Source: Minisyncoccia bacterium (GTDB lineage: Bacteria; Patescibacteriota; Minisyncoccia; Phycocordibacterales; PALSA-1337). Taken from it: DNA of 58,465 nucleotides. The position numbers and the translations under genes were made by a program. The stretch's first letter is position 1. Each line of letters starts with the position of its first letter. The notes beneath the pieces are model-generated. The model was not told the DNA's origin. It saw only the letters and a program-made list of their open reading frames with translations, and ran no database searches. The stretch spans positions 1 to 58,465 of the forward strand of contig JBEKVT010000003.1 of the NCBI GenBank assembly GCA_049997795.1, in the 5' to 3' direction. Positions 8,291 to 15,509 of the stretch are shown here, piece after piece.

Positions 8291-8322
8291 GAAAAACCGC
8301 CCGAATCGCAAGACCGGGCGGT
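8291..8322 (-). terminator. intrinsic terminator after cassette 3 gene
   Basis: Stem ACCGCCCG/CGGGCGGT followed by TTTTTC on the minus strand. Confidence 0.6.
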
Positions 8323-8341
8323 CTTTTCGAATCGGGCGGAT

Positions 8342-8833
8342 CTAACCGAGCGCTCTTTGCATTAAGGCCTTGAGCTCTTGAGCTGCGGGTTGGCGCATTA
8401 TCTCCTCAAGACCATCGAGAGCTGCAGGCGTCAGGTATCCTGAGCCCCCTCCATTGATATCCATCCAAGAGCTTACAGTGTGGACGCCGTCGATCCCCAT
8501 CGCAGCAAGCTTTTCAGCAAGACAGCGCAGGTACCGGTGATAGGCGTAAAACTGTTCGGCCTTGAGCATGAATGACGGGCGAATCTCAATCTTATAATTC
8601 CGATCGGTCCATGCGGATTTGTCCCGCATTTCCACTTCGCCCATCCAACGTATGCTCGGAGCGATTTCTCCGCCGACATAGCGCGAAATCCACGGATAAT
8701 CCTTATCCACCTGCTTGACGAACAACCTAAGGGACTCAGGGTCAAGATGCGCATCGTCCATGACGCTGAAGCTTATGAATCCGCTCACGTTGAACTTCTG
8801 TTCGTTCCAGTGAGTCTGTTGGTTGGCCTCCAT
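8342..8833 (-). CDS. hypothetical protein (cassette 3)
   Basis: The ORF track extends to 8959. I place the start at the ATG at 8833 (MEANQQTHW) because AGGAGG lies 7 nt upstream and the extension covers a leader hairpin. Confidence 0.55.
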   Translation of the reverse strand: MEANQQTHWNEQKFNVSGFISFSVMDDAHLDPESLRLFVKQVDKDYPWISRYVGGEIAPSIRWMGEVEMRDKSAWTDRNYKIEIRPSFMLKAEQFYAYHRYLRCLAEKLAAMGIDGVHTVSSWMDINGGGSGYLTPAALDGLEEIMRQPAAQELKALMQRALG

Positions 8834-8958
8834 TGGAGAACCTCCTATATGTGAGGGGCGGAATTGCCACTCAGCAGTTATTTCTGCTTTCAAGAGGCAC
8901 TTGGCTGTATCCTGAAAGCAGAAATAACTGAATCCCAATATAAAAGAACTACCATACA

Positions 8959-8988
8959 ATTATAGCATATTTGATGCAATATTGTCAA
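8959..8988 (-). promoter_or_regulatory. sigma70-type promoter (TTGACA-N18-TATAAT)
   Basis: The reverse complement reads TTGACA atattgcatcaaatatgc TATAAT. Confidence 0.65.
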
Positions 8989-8991
8989 ATA

Positions 8992-9020
8992 GTGACCCTC
9001 GTTAGTGAAAATTGGAATCA
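8992..9020 (-). repeat. cassette repeat R3
   Basis: GTGACCCTCGTTAGTGAAAATTGGAATCA, 3 nt from the TTGACA box. Confidence 0.8.
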
Positions 9021-9071
9021 AATTATTAATGAAATAAAACTGTTTTCCTATTTTACTTAGGCATTCATGTT

Positions 9072-9108
9072 GAAAATAAATAACGGGCACCTCCTGCGAA
9101 GCGCCCGT
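9072..9108 (-). terminator. intrinsic terminator after cassette 4 gene
   Basis: Stem ACGGGC/GCCCGT followed by TATTTATTTT on the minus strand. Confidence 0.5.
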
Positions 9109-9138
9109 GTGAATTTGTTTGAGTGTCTGTTTACGGTC

Positions 9139-9798
9139 CTAGTTTGATGCAGTTCGACGCCCGACTTGTGACTTCATGAACGCAAAGCCATATGAGGGAT
9201 TCCAGATCCCCGTATCGACGTCAACGTCGACATAACCAGTCAACCCGAAGTTATTGAAGCCTGAGTCCATATCCACGCAGAGAAGACGGGGGTCGTTTGT
9301 AAGATGGTCTTCAGGAGGATGAATATATGGCTTGTGCATGACAACAATCCGCCAAAATCCCATCTCAACAATTTCCCGTGGCGTTAGCGCGTCCAATATC
9401 AGACAAGCCACCTCTTGATGGGGGGACATCAGACCACGTCGAGTCGCTTCAGCGATGATATTATTCGTGGTACGGTTTTTGTCCGTGAAAAGGCCCGGTG
9501 TGAGAACAGCGACCTCAGTCACGATTCCGAGCGTCGGCTTGAAATCTGGCGAACGAAGAACTGATTCAGCTTCATCATCCACTTTCAACTCCTTTTTCTT
9601 CAATCGTTCGACCCACTGCGAACCGGTTGTACCACCGGACGTAACCGAGAAGTAAATGACTCCTGCTCGATTCGTCCACGGAAAACCTAGTTCCGTTATT
9701 TTGAGCTTACCTCGGAGCAGTTTCCGCACCCCGTCCATGCCGCCAAGCCTGTTGACGACCGCCTCCATTGTCCCCAGATCTAATCGTGGGTATTTCAT
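9139..9798 (-). CDS. hypothetical protein (cassette 4)
   Basis: 219-aa ORF. An AAAGGA SD-like element lies upstream of the ATG. No recognised family. Confidence 0.6.
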   Translation of the reverse strand: MKYPRLDLGTMEAVVNRLGGMDGVRKLLRGKLKITELGFPWTNRAGVIYFSVTSGGTTGSQWVERLKKKELKVDDEAESVLRSPDFKPTLGIVTEVAVLTPGLFTDKNRTTNNIIAEATRRGLMSPHQEVACLILDALTPREIVEMGFWRIVVMHKPYIHPPEDHLTNDPRLLCVDMDSGFNNFGLTGYVDVDVDTGIWNPSYGFAFMKSQVGRRTASN

Positions 9799-9949
9799 AC
9801 ACTATCCTTTCATCAACTGTTAGTTGTGATCTATGCACCTCTGAGAGAGATGTATGCTAGGACAGTCAGTAGTCATAGCCAGAGAACACCGAAGTTTCAG
9901 TATCTTCTGGCTATGGCTACTGAATTGGTAAATTTAAAGAACTACGAAC

Positions 9950-9979
9950 ATAGTAGCATATGTTATGCGTATTTGTCAA
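9950..9979 (-). promoter_or_regulatory. sigma70-type promoter (TTGACA-N18-TACTAT) abutting the tRNA 3' end
   Basis: The reverse complement of 9974-9979 is TTGACA, 3 nt after the end of the GGGGTCAC string that terminates tRNA-Glu(CUC). Confidence 0.55.
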
Positions 9980-9983
9980 CTAG

Positions 9984-10058
9984 TGACCCCATCGGGATTT
10001 GAACCCGAGTTCCAGGATTGAGAATCCTGTGTCCTGGACCAGACTAGACGATAGGGCC
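9984..10058 (-). tRNA. tRNA-Glu (anticodon CUC)
   Basis: Acceptor GGCCCTA/TGGGGTC (two G-U pairs), anticodon stem CAGGA/TCCTG with loop TT-CTC-AA, T-arm TCGGG-TTCAAAT-CCCGA. The 5' base overlaps the murF stop codon. Confidence 0.85.
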
Positions 10059-11386
10059 TATGCTTTCTCGAGCCATTCCTTCTCCTGCCGCACAAGGAGT
10101 TTAGCGGCTTTGTGCGGCTCCCGCAAGAGCGCCTTGGAGACGCGCTCCATGCGCACGGACTGGGAGCCCTTGACCAGGATGACGTCGCCGACCTTGGCGA
10201 TCGAAGCGGCGTAAGCGGCGGCTTCGGCGGAAGAATCGAAAGAACGGACGGATTCAGCCTGAAGGCCGCTCTTCATGGCTTCTTCAGCGGTCAGACGCGA
10301 GCGCTGGCCGACCGTGATGAGCCGCGAGATAGCCCTTGCCGCTTCCCGACCGATCTTCCTGTGCTCTTCGGCGGAATATTTGCCGAGCTCCATCATGTCG
10401 CCGAGGATAGCTATCTTAGCGCCCTGACATTCAAGGCCTTTGAGCGTTTCCAAAGCGGCCATGGCCGCATCCGGCGAGGAATTATAGGAATCGTCTATGA
10501 GAGTCGAGCCGTTCAGACCGGGAAGGACGTTCATGCGGCCCTTCGGAGCTTCATAAGCCGTCAGGACGAGAGATCGGGCGATCTTGCCGGAAGCGATGCC
10601 GCACGCCTTCCCTACCGCCGCGGCGGCGAGGAGCGGGTACACGCACGATCGGCCGAGGACGCCGCGGACGGAAATCGGCGCAGCGGTATCATCCAGGCCA
10701 AGATTGAACGAGATGCCGACAGGCTGGCCTTCGTATATGACGCTCATATCCGAGCCTTTGGCCGCGGCTTTCTCATCCAGGCCGTAAGAAATTACGGAGA
10801 CATCACGGTCTTTCACCCGTTCGGCGAGACTGGCGGCTTTTTCGTCGTCGGCGTAGACGACCAGGGCGCCGCCCTTCTTCACCGCTCCGGCCAGGGCGGC
10901 TTTCTCCTCGAAGACCGCCTCAGGCGAGGCGAAGAACTCGACGTGCACCGGCATGTCGCTTATCTTGGTGATGACCGCCACGTCGGGACGGAGCCAGCGG
11001 ACCACGCGCCCGATGTCGCCGGGGTGGTCGGCGCCGATCTCCAAGACCAGGCAATCGGGGTAATCGGCCTCCGAGAAGACGAGCTTGAGGCCGGCCCAGA
11101 TGTTCTTCGCCCAGCCCGAGGGGCTGCGCCAGGCGTTCGGCCTTCCGATCAAGGCGAGCGGCAGGCCGATCTCGCTGTTCAGGCTCTTCTCGCTCTTCCG
11201 GACGAATCGGAACGGCCGTGGCGCGGCGGAATCTCCTTCCCTCGAGAGGAGCTCGTATATGGCGTCTTTGGTCGAAGTCTTGCCGACGCTTCCCGTTATG
11301 GCCACCACGAACGGCTTATATTTCCGGATTATCAAAAGGGATTCCAGAGTCAGAATCCCTACGAGCGATTTCTTTAATAGATTCAT
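10058..11386 (-). CDS. murF: UDP-N-acetylmuramoyl-tripeptide--D-alanyl-D-alanine ligase
   Basis: 442 aa. Mur ligase P-loop ITGSVGKTSTKD, overall MurF-like layout, dcw context. Confidence 0.9.
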   Translation of the reverse strand: MNLLKKSLVGILTLESLLIIRKYKPFVVAITGSVGKTSTKDAIYELLSREGDSAAPRPFRFVRKSEKSLNSEIGLPLALIGRPNAWRSPSGWAKNIWAGLKLVFSEADYPDCLVLEIGADHPGDIGRVVRWLRPDVAVITKISDMPVHVEFFASPEAVFEEKAALAGAVKKGGALVVYADDEKAASLAERVKDRDVSVISYGLDEKAAAKGSDMSVIYEGQPVGISFNLGLDDTAAPISVRGVLGRSCVYPLLAAAAVGKACGIASGKIARSLVLTAYEAPKGRMNVLPGLNGSTLIDDSYNSSPDAAMAALETLKGLECQGAKIAILGDMMELGKYSAEEHRKIGREAARAISRLITVGQRSRLTAEEAMKSGLQAESVRSFDSSAEAAAYAASIAKVGDVILVKGSQSVRMERVSKALLREPHKAAKLLVRQEKEWLEKA

Positions 11387-11391
11387 TTGGT

Positions 11392-13104
11392 TCAGCGGTC
11401 TGGCGGTATGTCATAGTAGTTTAGAAGAAAGGTCGTCAGTTCGTCAAACGGCCGGGTCAGGGTCTCCGAGGCATACTGCGCTCCCTTGGGATAGACCTGA
11501 TACAGGAAGACGATGAAGCGCGGCTCATAAGCCGGGAAGAAGCCGAAGAACGAGTGCAGGTAACGGTCGGTGTAATAGCCGCCGTGGACCGGGTCGGCGA
11601 TCTCGGCCGTGCCGGTCTTGGCCGCCACGGTGTAGTGGTCTCTCTTCAGGGTGCCGCCGGCCAGGGCGGTGTCCACCACCGTGACGAGCATGCTCCTGAC
11701 TTCGTCGGCCGTCTGCGGCTCCAACAAGGGGCCGGCTTTCGTCGAAGAGATCTTTCTCGTCGAGCCGTCGGAGTAGTCGATCTCCTTGACGAGGTGCGGC
11801 GTGACCAGATAGCCGCCGTTCGCCACGACCGAGAGGGCCCGGGTCATGCCGATCGGCGAGACGGCCAGGCCCTGGCCGTAAGAGGCCGTGGCTATGTCTA
11901 TGTCCTTGCCGTCTTTCAGGTTGTCGGTGATCGGCGCGGCCTCGCTGGGGAGGTCGATGCCGGTCTTCATGCCGAGGCCGAAACTGTAGAAATATTTGGC
12001 GAATCCGGCGGCTCCAGTTTTCAGGGCTATCGTGGCGGCTCCGATGTTCAGGGACTGGGAGAGGATCTGCTGCATGGGGATCACCCCGCGGGCCCGGCCG
12101 TCGAAGTTGCATATCTTCTTGCCGTCGAGCGTCATGCAGCCCACGTCATCGTAAGTCGAGGCCGGCGTCTCCGCTCCCGAATCGAGAGCGGCGGCCATGG
12201 TGAGAGGCTTCATGATCGAGCCCATCTCGTAGACATGCTCGACTAGCGGGTCGGAGAAGACCTTTATATCCTTTGCGGCGGCGGTGTTATTCGGGTCGAA
12301 GGTGGGCAAGGAAGCCATGGCGGCTATCTCCCCGGTCTCCGGATCCATGACGATGCCGCCGATCTCGTCGGCGTGCCAGGTAGCCTCGGTCTCGCCGAGG
12401 ATCTTGTCGAGATAGGTCTCCACCGTCGGCTCGATGGTGGTCACAATGTCCCCGTTCTCCGCCGAGCCGAAGACCGCGCCTTGAAGGCCGGAGAAGAGAT
12501 CCGCGAAGATGTTGCCGACGGAGCTTGCGCTCGGGCGCGACAAGACGGAGTCGTAATAGCGCTCCAGGCCGTAACGGCCGGAGACGGTGGACGAAGAAAC
12601 GTCCTCGCCGACCAGGCCGAGCTCATGGGCGGCCAAGCCGTCGCCAGGATAGATGCGCCACGCTTCCGGAGCCACGGCCACGCCCGGAAGGCCGAGGCCG
12701 GTGATCGAATCGGCAGTCGGCTGATCCACTCTATGAGCCAGCTCTTCATACGAGTCGTTCGGTTTTCCGGCCTTGGCGAGGAACGAGGACCGATCGAGAC
12801 TCAAATAGTGCGACAAGGCTTCGTACGTCCCGGCGGCGTCGCGCACGAGCTTCGGGTTCATGTATATGAGATAGCCGGTCCCCAGGGCGGCCGCGGCCGT
12901 TTTCGTGCCGTCCTTGCCGGAGAAGTATATGGCGCCGCGGTCGAAGAGCTCTACCGCGGGTTTCCCGTACTGGGCCTCGGCCTTGGCGGCGTATTCCTTG
13001 CCGTGGATGACGTCCGTCGAATATAAGGCGGCGGCGATCGCGCCGGCGCCAAGGAGAGCGCCGATCCCAGCGAGGCGCGTCCGCAGACGCTGTTTAGAGT
13101 TCAT
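11392..13104 (-). CDS. ftsI: class B penicillin-binding protein (FtsI-type transpeptidase)
   Basis: 570 aa. N-terminal TM helix plus the motifs SIMKP (SxxK), SQSLN (SxN) and KTGTA (KTG). dcw position. Confidence 0.9.
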   Translation of the reverse strand: MNSKQRLRTRLAGIGALLGAGAIAAALYSTDVIHGKEYAAKAEAQYGKPAVELFDRGAIYFSGKDGTKTAAAALGTGYLIYMNPKLVRDAAGTYEALSHYLSLDRSSFLAKAGKPNDSYEELAHRVDQPTADSITGLGLPGVAVAPEAWRIYPGDGLAAHELGLVGEDVSSSTVSGRYGLERYYDSVLSRPSASSVGNIFADLFSGLQGAVFGSAENGDIVTTIEPTVETYLDKILGETEATWHADEIGGIVMDPETGEIAAMASLPTFDPNNTAAAKDIKVFSDPLVEHVYEMGSIMKPLTMAAALDSGAETPASTYDDVGCMTLDGKKICNFDGRARGVIPMQQILSQSLNIGAATIALKTGAAGFAKYFYSFGLGMKTGIDLPSEAAPITDNLKDGKDIDIATASYGQGLAVSPIGMTRALSVVANGGYLVTPHLVKEIDYSDGSTRKISSTKAGPLLEPQTADEVRSMLVTVVDTALAGGTLKRDHYTVAAKTGTAEIADPVHGGYYTDRYLHSFFGFFPAYEPRFIVFLYQVYPKGAQYASETLTRPFDELTTFLLNYYDIPPDR

Positions 13105-13438
13105 GGCCGACGGAAGCCAAAGGACCGATAGAGGCGGTGGAGGCCGGACGCTCGATATAGGCGCTGACCTTGCCCTGGACCAGGCCGTGGGCTCCGAGCG
13201 AATCAGGGGTAAGAGCGCTCGACAATCCTAGATATTCGGCGTCGAGGGAAGCGACGGCGCTCCCCGCGGCAGCCGTTTCAGATTGGACACGGCTGAGAGC
13301 CACGGTACGCGAAACGACGGCGTACAGGTTGAAAGCATAGAAAAGGACGGCGGCCGCGGCAAGGACGATGAAGCATAGGGTCATGCGGGCCCTGTATTCG
13401 GCGGCTATATTATGGGTTTGTTCGATGATCTCTGTCAT
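13094..13438 (-). CDS. small bitopic membrane protein, FtsL-like by position
   Basis: 114 aa with a single TM helix, located between rsmH and ftsI. The assignment rests on position only. Confidence 0.55.
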   Translation of the reverse strand: MTEIIEQTHNIAAEYRARMTLCFIVLAAAAVLFYAFNLYAVVSRTVALSRVQSETAAAGSAVASLDAEYLGLSSALTPDSLGAHGLVQGKVSAYIERPASTASIGPLASVGHEL

Positions 13439-14358
13439 TTTTTCTCTAAGATCCTCAATCTTGCGCTCCTTGAGCGCGGATTATCCGAAATCTCTCGACT
13501 GGACGGCCTTATCGGTTTCTTCGTGACGACCCTCGCTCCTTCTCTTCCCTTTTCTCTGAAGAAATCCTTGACGATCCTGTCTTCGAGGCTGTGGAAGGAG
13601 ATGACGGCGAAGCGTCCGTTCAGGTTCAATCGCCCGTATCCCTTGGCGAGCCCGTCCCGTAGGGCGGCGAGCTCATCGTTCACGGCGATGCGCAGAGCCT
13701 GGAAAGTCTTGGTGGCCGGGTGGGTCTTCTGACGGCGATAGGCGGCGGGCACCGATCTCTTCACGATCTCCCCGAGCTCCTTGGAGGTCTCGATGGGCTT
13801 CTTCTCCCTGTAGACGACGATGCCTTTGGCGATCCTCCTCGCGTACCGTTCCTCTCCGTAAGCGAAGATGACGTTTCCGATGTCCGCTTCCCTCCATTCG
13901 TTGACTATGGATAGGGCCGTGAAGGGATAGGCATTCCAATCGCCGAAAGTCATGACCAAGGGCTCGTCTTTCTTGAATGAGAAGCCTCTGCCGGAATTCT
14001 CCAATTCGTCGGAAGAGACCCCGAGGTCGAGAAGGATGAGGTCGACTGCCCGGATGCGGTATTTGTCCAGAGCCTCGTCAAGATTGCGGAAGTCGCGGCA
14101 TTCGAGGATCAGTTGGTGCGTCTTCTTCTTGAGCAGCTCTCTGGCGCGTTCGACGGCTTCCGGGTCGCGATCAAAGCCGATCACGTTGATCTTGCCTTGG
14201 AGGGCTTCGGCGAGCGCCACGGCGTGTCCGGCGCCTCCTATGGTGCCGTCAAGATACCACGGGATCTTCCTTCGGCCATCGGACGGCGGCGCGCTCTTCG
14301 GGGTCGCGAGGCCTTCGACTACTTCATGTAAAAGAACCGGCTTGTGGACGGACGGCAT
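13435..14358 (-). CDS. rsmH: 16S rRNA (cytosine1402-N4)-methyltransferase
   Basis: 307 aa. HKPVLL start and the motifs DGTIGGAGH, DLGVSS and SFHSLEDR. Confidence 0.95.
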   Translation of the reverse strand: MPSVHKPVLLHEVVEGLATPKSAPPSDGRRKIPWYLDGTIGGAGHAVALAEALQGKINVIGFDRDPEAVERARELLKKKTHQLILECRDFRNLDEALDKYRIRAVDLILLDLGVSSDELENSGRGFSFKKDEPLVMTFGDWNAYPFTALSIVNEWREADIGNVIFAYGEERYARRIAKGIVVYREKKPIETSKELGEIVKRSVPAAYRRQKTHPATKTFQALRIAVNDELAALRDGLAKGYGRLNLNGRFAVISFHSLEDRIVKDFFREKGREGARVVTKKPIRPSSREISDNPRSRSARLRILEKK

Positions 14359-14362
14359 GCCA

Positions 14363-14803
14363 TTACTTCATCCCGGCGCTCCCGAGCTTCTCGGCGAGCC
14401 GATCGGCCTTGGCTTCGACGCCGCGGCGATACTCATCCCAGACGGCTTCGTCCCAGAGCTCGACCCGATCGCGGACGCCGATGAAGACTACGCTGGTCTT
14501 CAATCTCGCGCGCTCGCGCAGGTGCTCAGGGATGAGCATCCGGCCGACTGCATCAACCTCGGCTTCGACCGCCCCTCCGAGGAGGAAGCGGTTGAAGCCG
14601 CGGTTGTCCGCCTGCAGTATCGAGGACTCACCTGCCGACAAGTGCCCGGAGATACGTTCCCATTCCTTCACCGTGAAGATGAACAGGCAGGAATCGAGCC
14701 CGGGCGTGACCATGACCGTCTCCCCCATCTCCTTTCGGAATTTGGAGGGAAGCGACAAGCGGTTCTTGTCATCGATAGTGTGGCGGTATTCCCCGATGAG
14801 CAT
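14363..14803 (-). CDS. mraZ: transcriptional regulator MraZ
   Basis: 146 aa. Duplicated DxxxR-type SpoVT/AbrB halves (IDDKNRLSLP, VDAVGRMLIP). First gene of the dcw cluster. Confidence 0.95.
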   Translation of the reverse strand: MLIGEYRHTIDDKNRLSLPSKFRKEMGETVMVTPGLDSCLFIFTVKEWERISGHLSAGESSILQADNRGFNRFLLGGAVEAEVDAVGRMLIPEHLRERARLKTSVVFIGVRDRVELWDEAVWDEYRRGVEAKADRLAEKLGSAGMK

Positions 14804-14850
14804 GAATGATATGCCAGTAGGAGAGAGATGATGTTGGGGAGTTAATCCTT

Positions 14851-14933
14851 ACCACTTCTTCCCACTTAATGGGTATTCTACTCCACTCCTCCGTTTAAGG
14901 CATAATATACAAAGGTGGATAAGCTGTGGATAA
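14851..14933 (-). promoter_or_regulatory. mraZ upstream control region: MraZ-box-like direct repeats plus two DnaA-box-like 9-mers
   Basis: The minus strand reads AAGTGGG (14867-14861) and AAGTGGT (14857-14851), 10 nt apart. TTATCCACA (14933-14925) and TTATCCACC (14922-14914) sit just upstream of a TATTAT -10-like hexamer. Confidence 0.45.
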
Positions 14934-14943
14934 AAAAATACAT

Positions 14944-14970
14944 AAAAAGCCCCCGAATCGGATCGGGGGC
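14944..14970 (-). terminator. intrinsic terminator after the 14994-15428 gene
   Basis: Stem GCCCCCGA/TCGGGGGC followed by TTTTT on the minus strand. Confidence 0.7.
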
Positions 14971-14993
14971 TGAATGGCTTGGGATTACCGGGG

Positions 14994-15428
14994 TTATTTT
15001 TTCAGTTCCAGTAAGCCGTTGTGTCTCACGGCGATCTTGAACATCGCTTCGAACAGAGTTTGTTGGGATGCCAGTTCCGGAGGTATCAGGCCTACAGGAT
15101 ATTCCATGAGCCAACGGAATCTGCCTTCAAAGCAGGCTCCATAACTGGATAGACTGTAGATCACGCCCTGCATATCCGGATATGTCGGATAATGAGCATC
15201 CCAATCCGGCCGAGACAATGACGACAGCGGGCCGGGAAACTTCTCTCCGAGCTCCTTGTAAGTCTGGTAGAGGAAATTCCCCCACAAGTCCAGCCTGTCG
15301 AAGACGCCGGCAAAGCTCTTGACTCCCTTCTTCTTGGCGGCGTATTCGATGAATCCCACTACGAGTTCGAGGAAGCTGAAGGTCTTGGCGGCAGCCGGTT
15401 GCTCGGCTGTCACAGCGGTCGCGTTCAT
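14994..15428 (-). CDS. hypothetical protein
   Basis: 144-aa ORF with protein-like composition and its own terminator. No recognised family. Confidence 0.55.
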   Translation of the reverse strand: MNATAVTAEQPAAAKTFSFLELVVGFIEYAAKKKGVKSFAGVFDRLDLWGNFLYQTYKELGEKFPGPLSSLSRPDWDAHYPTYPDMQGVIYSLSSYGACFEGRFRWLMEYPVGLIPPELASQQTLFEAMFKIAVRHNGLLELKK

Positions 15429-15509
15429 TGATTTCTCCTGGTTGACTTTTGAAGTGCTCCAAACAAAAAACCTGCTATGCAGGCTACATCATAAGCCCGG
15501 GAGACGCAA

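Larger units (their letters stand above)
6960..9983 (-). other. AT-rich tRNA-Glu-linked array of four single-gene cassettes
   Basis: Visibly lower G+C than the flanks. Four units of repeat + consensus promoter + one orphan ORF + terminator, directly downstream of tRNA-Glu(CUC). Confidence 0.65.

Noticed and set aside
7497-9020. Cassette repeats R1-R3 as functional tRNA genes or tRNA halves.
   Set aside because: Only the terminal GGGTCAC and a loose TTC.AAT resemblance to a T-loop are shared with the tRNA. The flanking 5-mers cannot form a T-stem and no upstream tRNA body exists.
10112-11377. 421-aa + strand ORF antisense to murF. Similar long antisense ORFs occur at 35164-36414, 46025-47266, 47641-48975, 43676-44437, 23434-24501, 25812-26777, 21150-22100, 54367-55410 and 48801-49340.
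   Set aside because: All are R/G/P/D-rich shadow frames of GC-rich genes whose sense-strand products carry unambiguous family motifs. None has a recognisable motif or plausible start context.
14914-14933. Replication origin (oriC), suggested by two DnaA-box-like 9-mers.
   Set aside because: There are only two boxes, no cluster, no adjacent AT-rich unwinding element, and no dnaA or dnaN nearby. Promoter-proximal regulation or chance is more likely.
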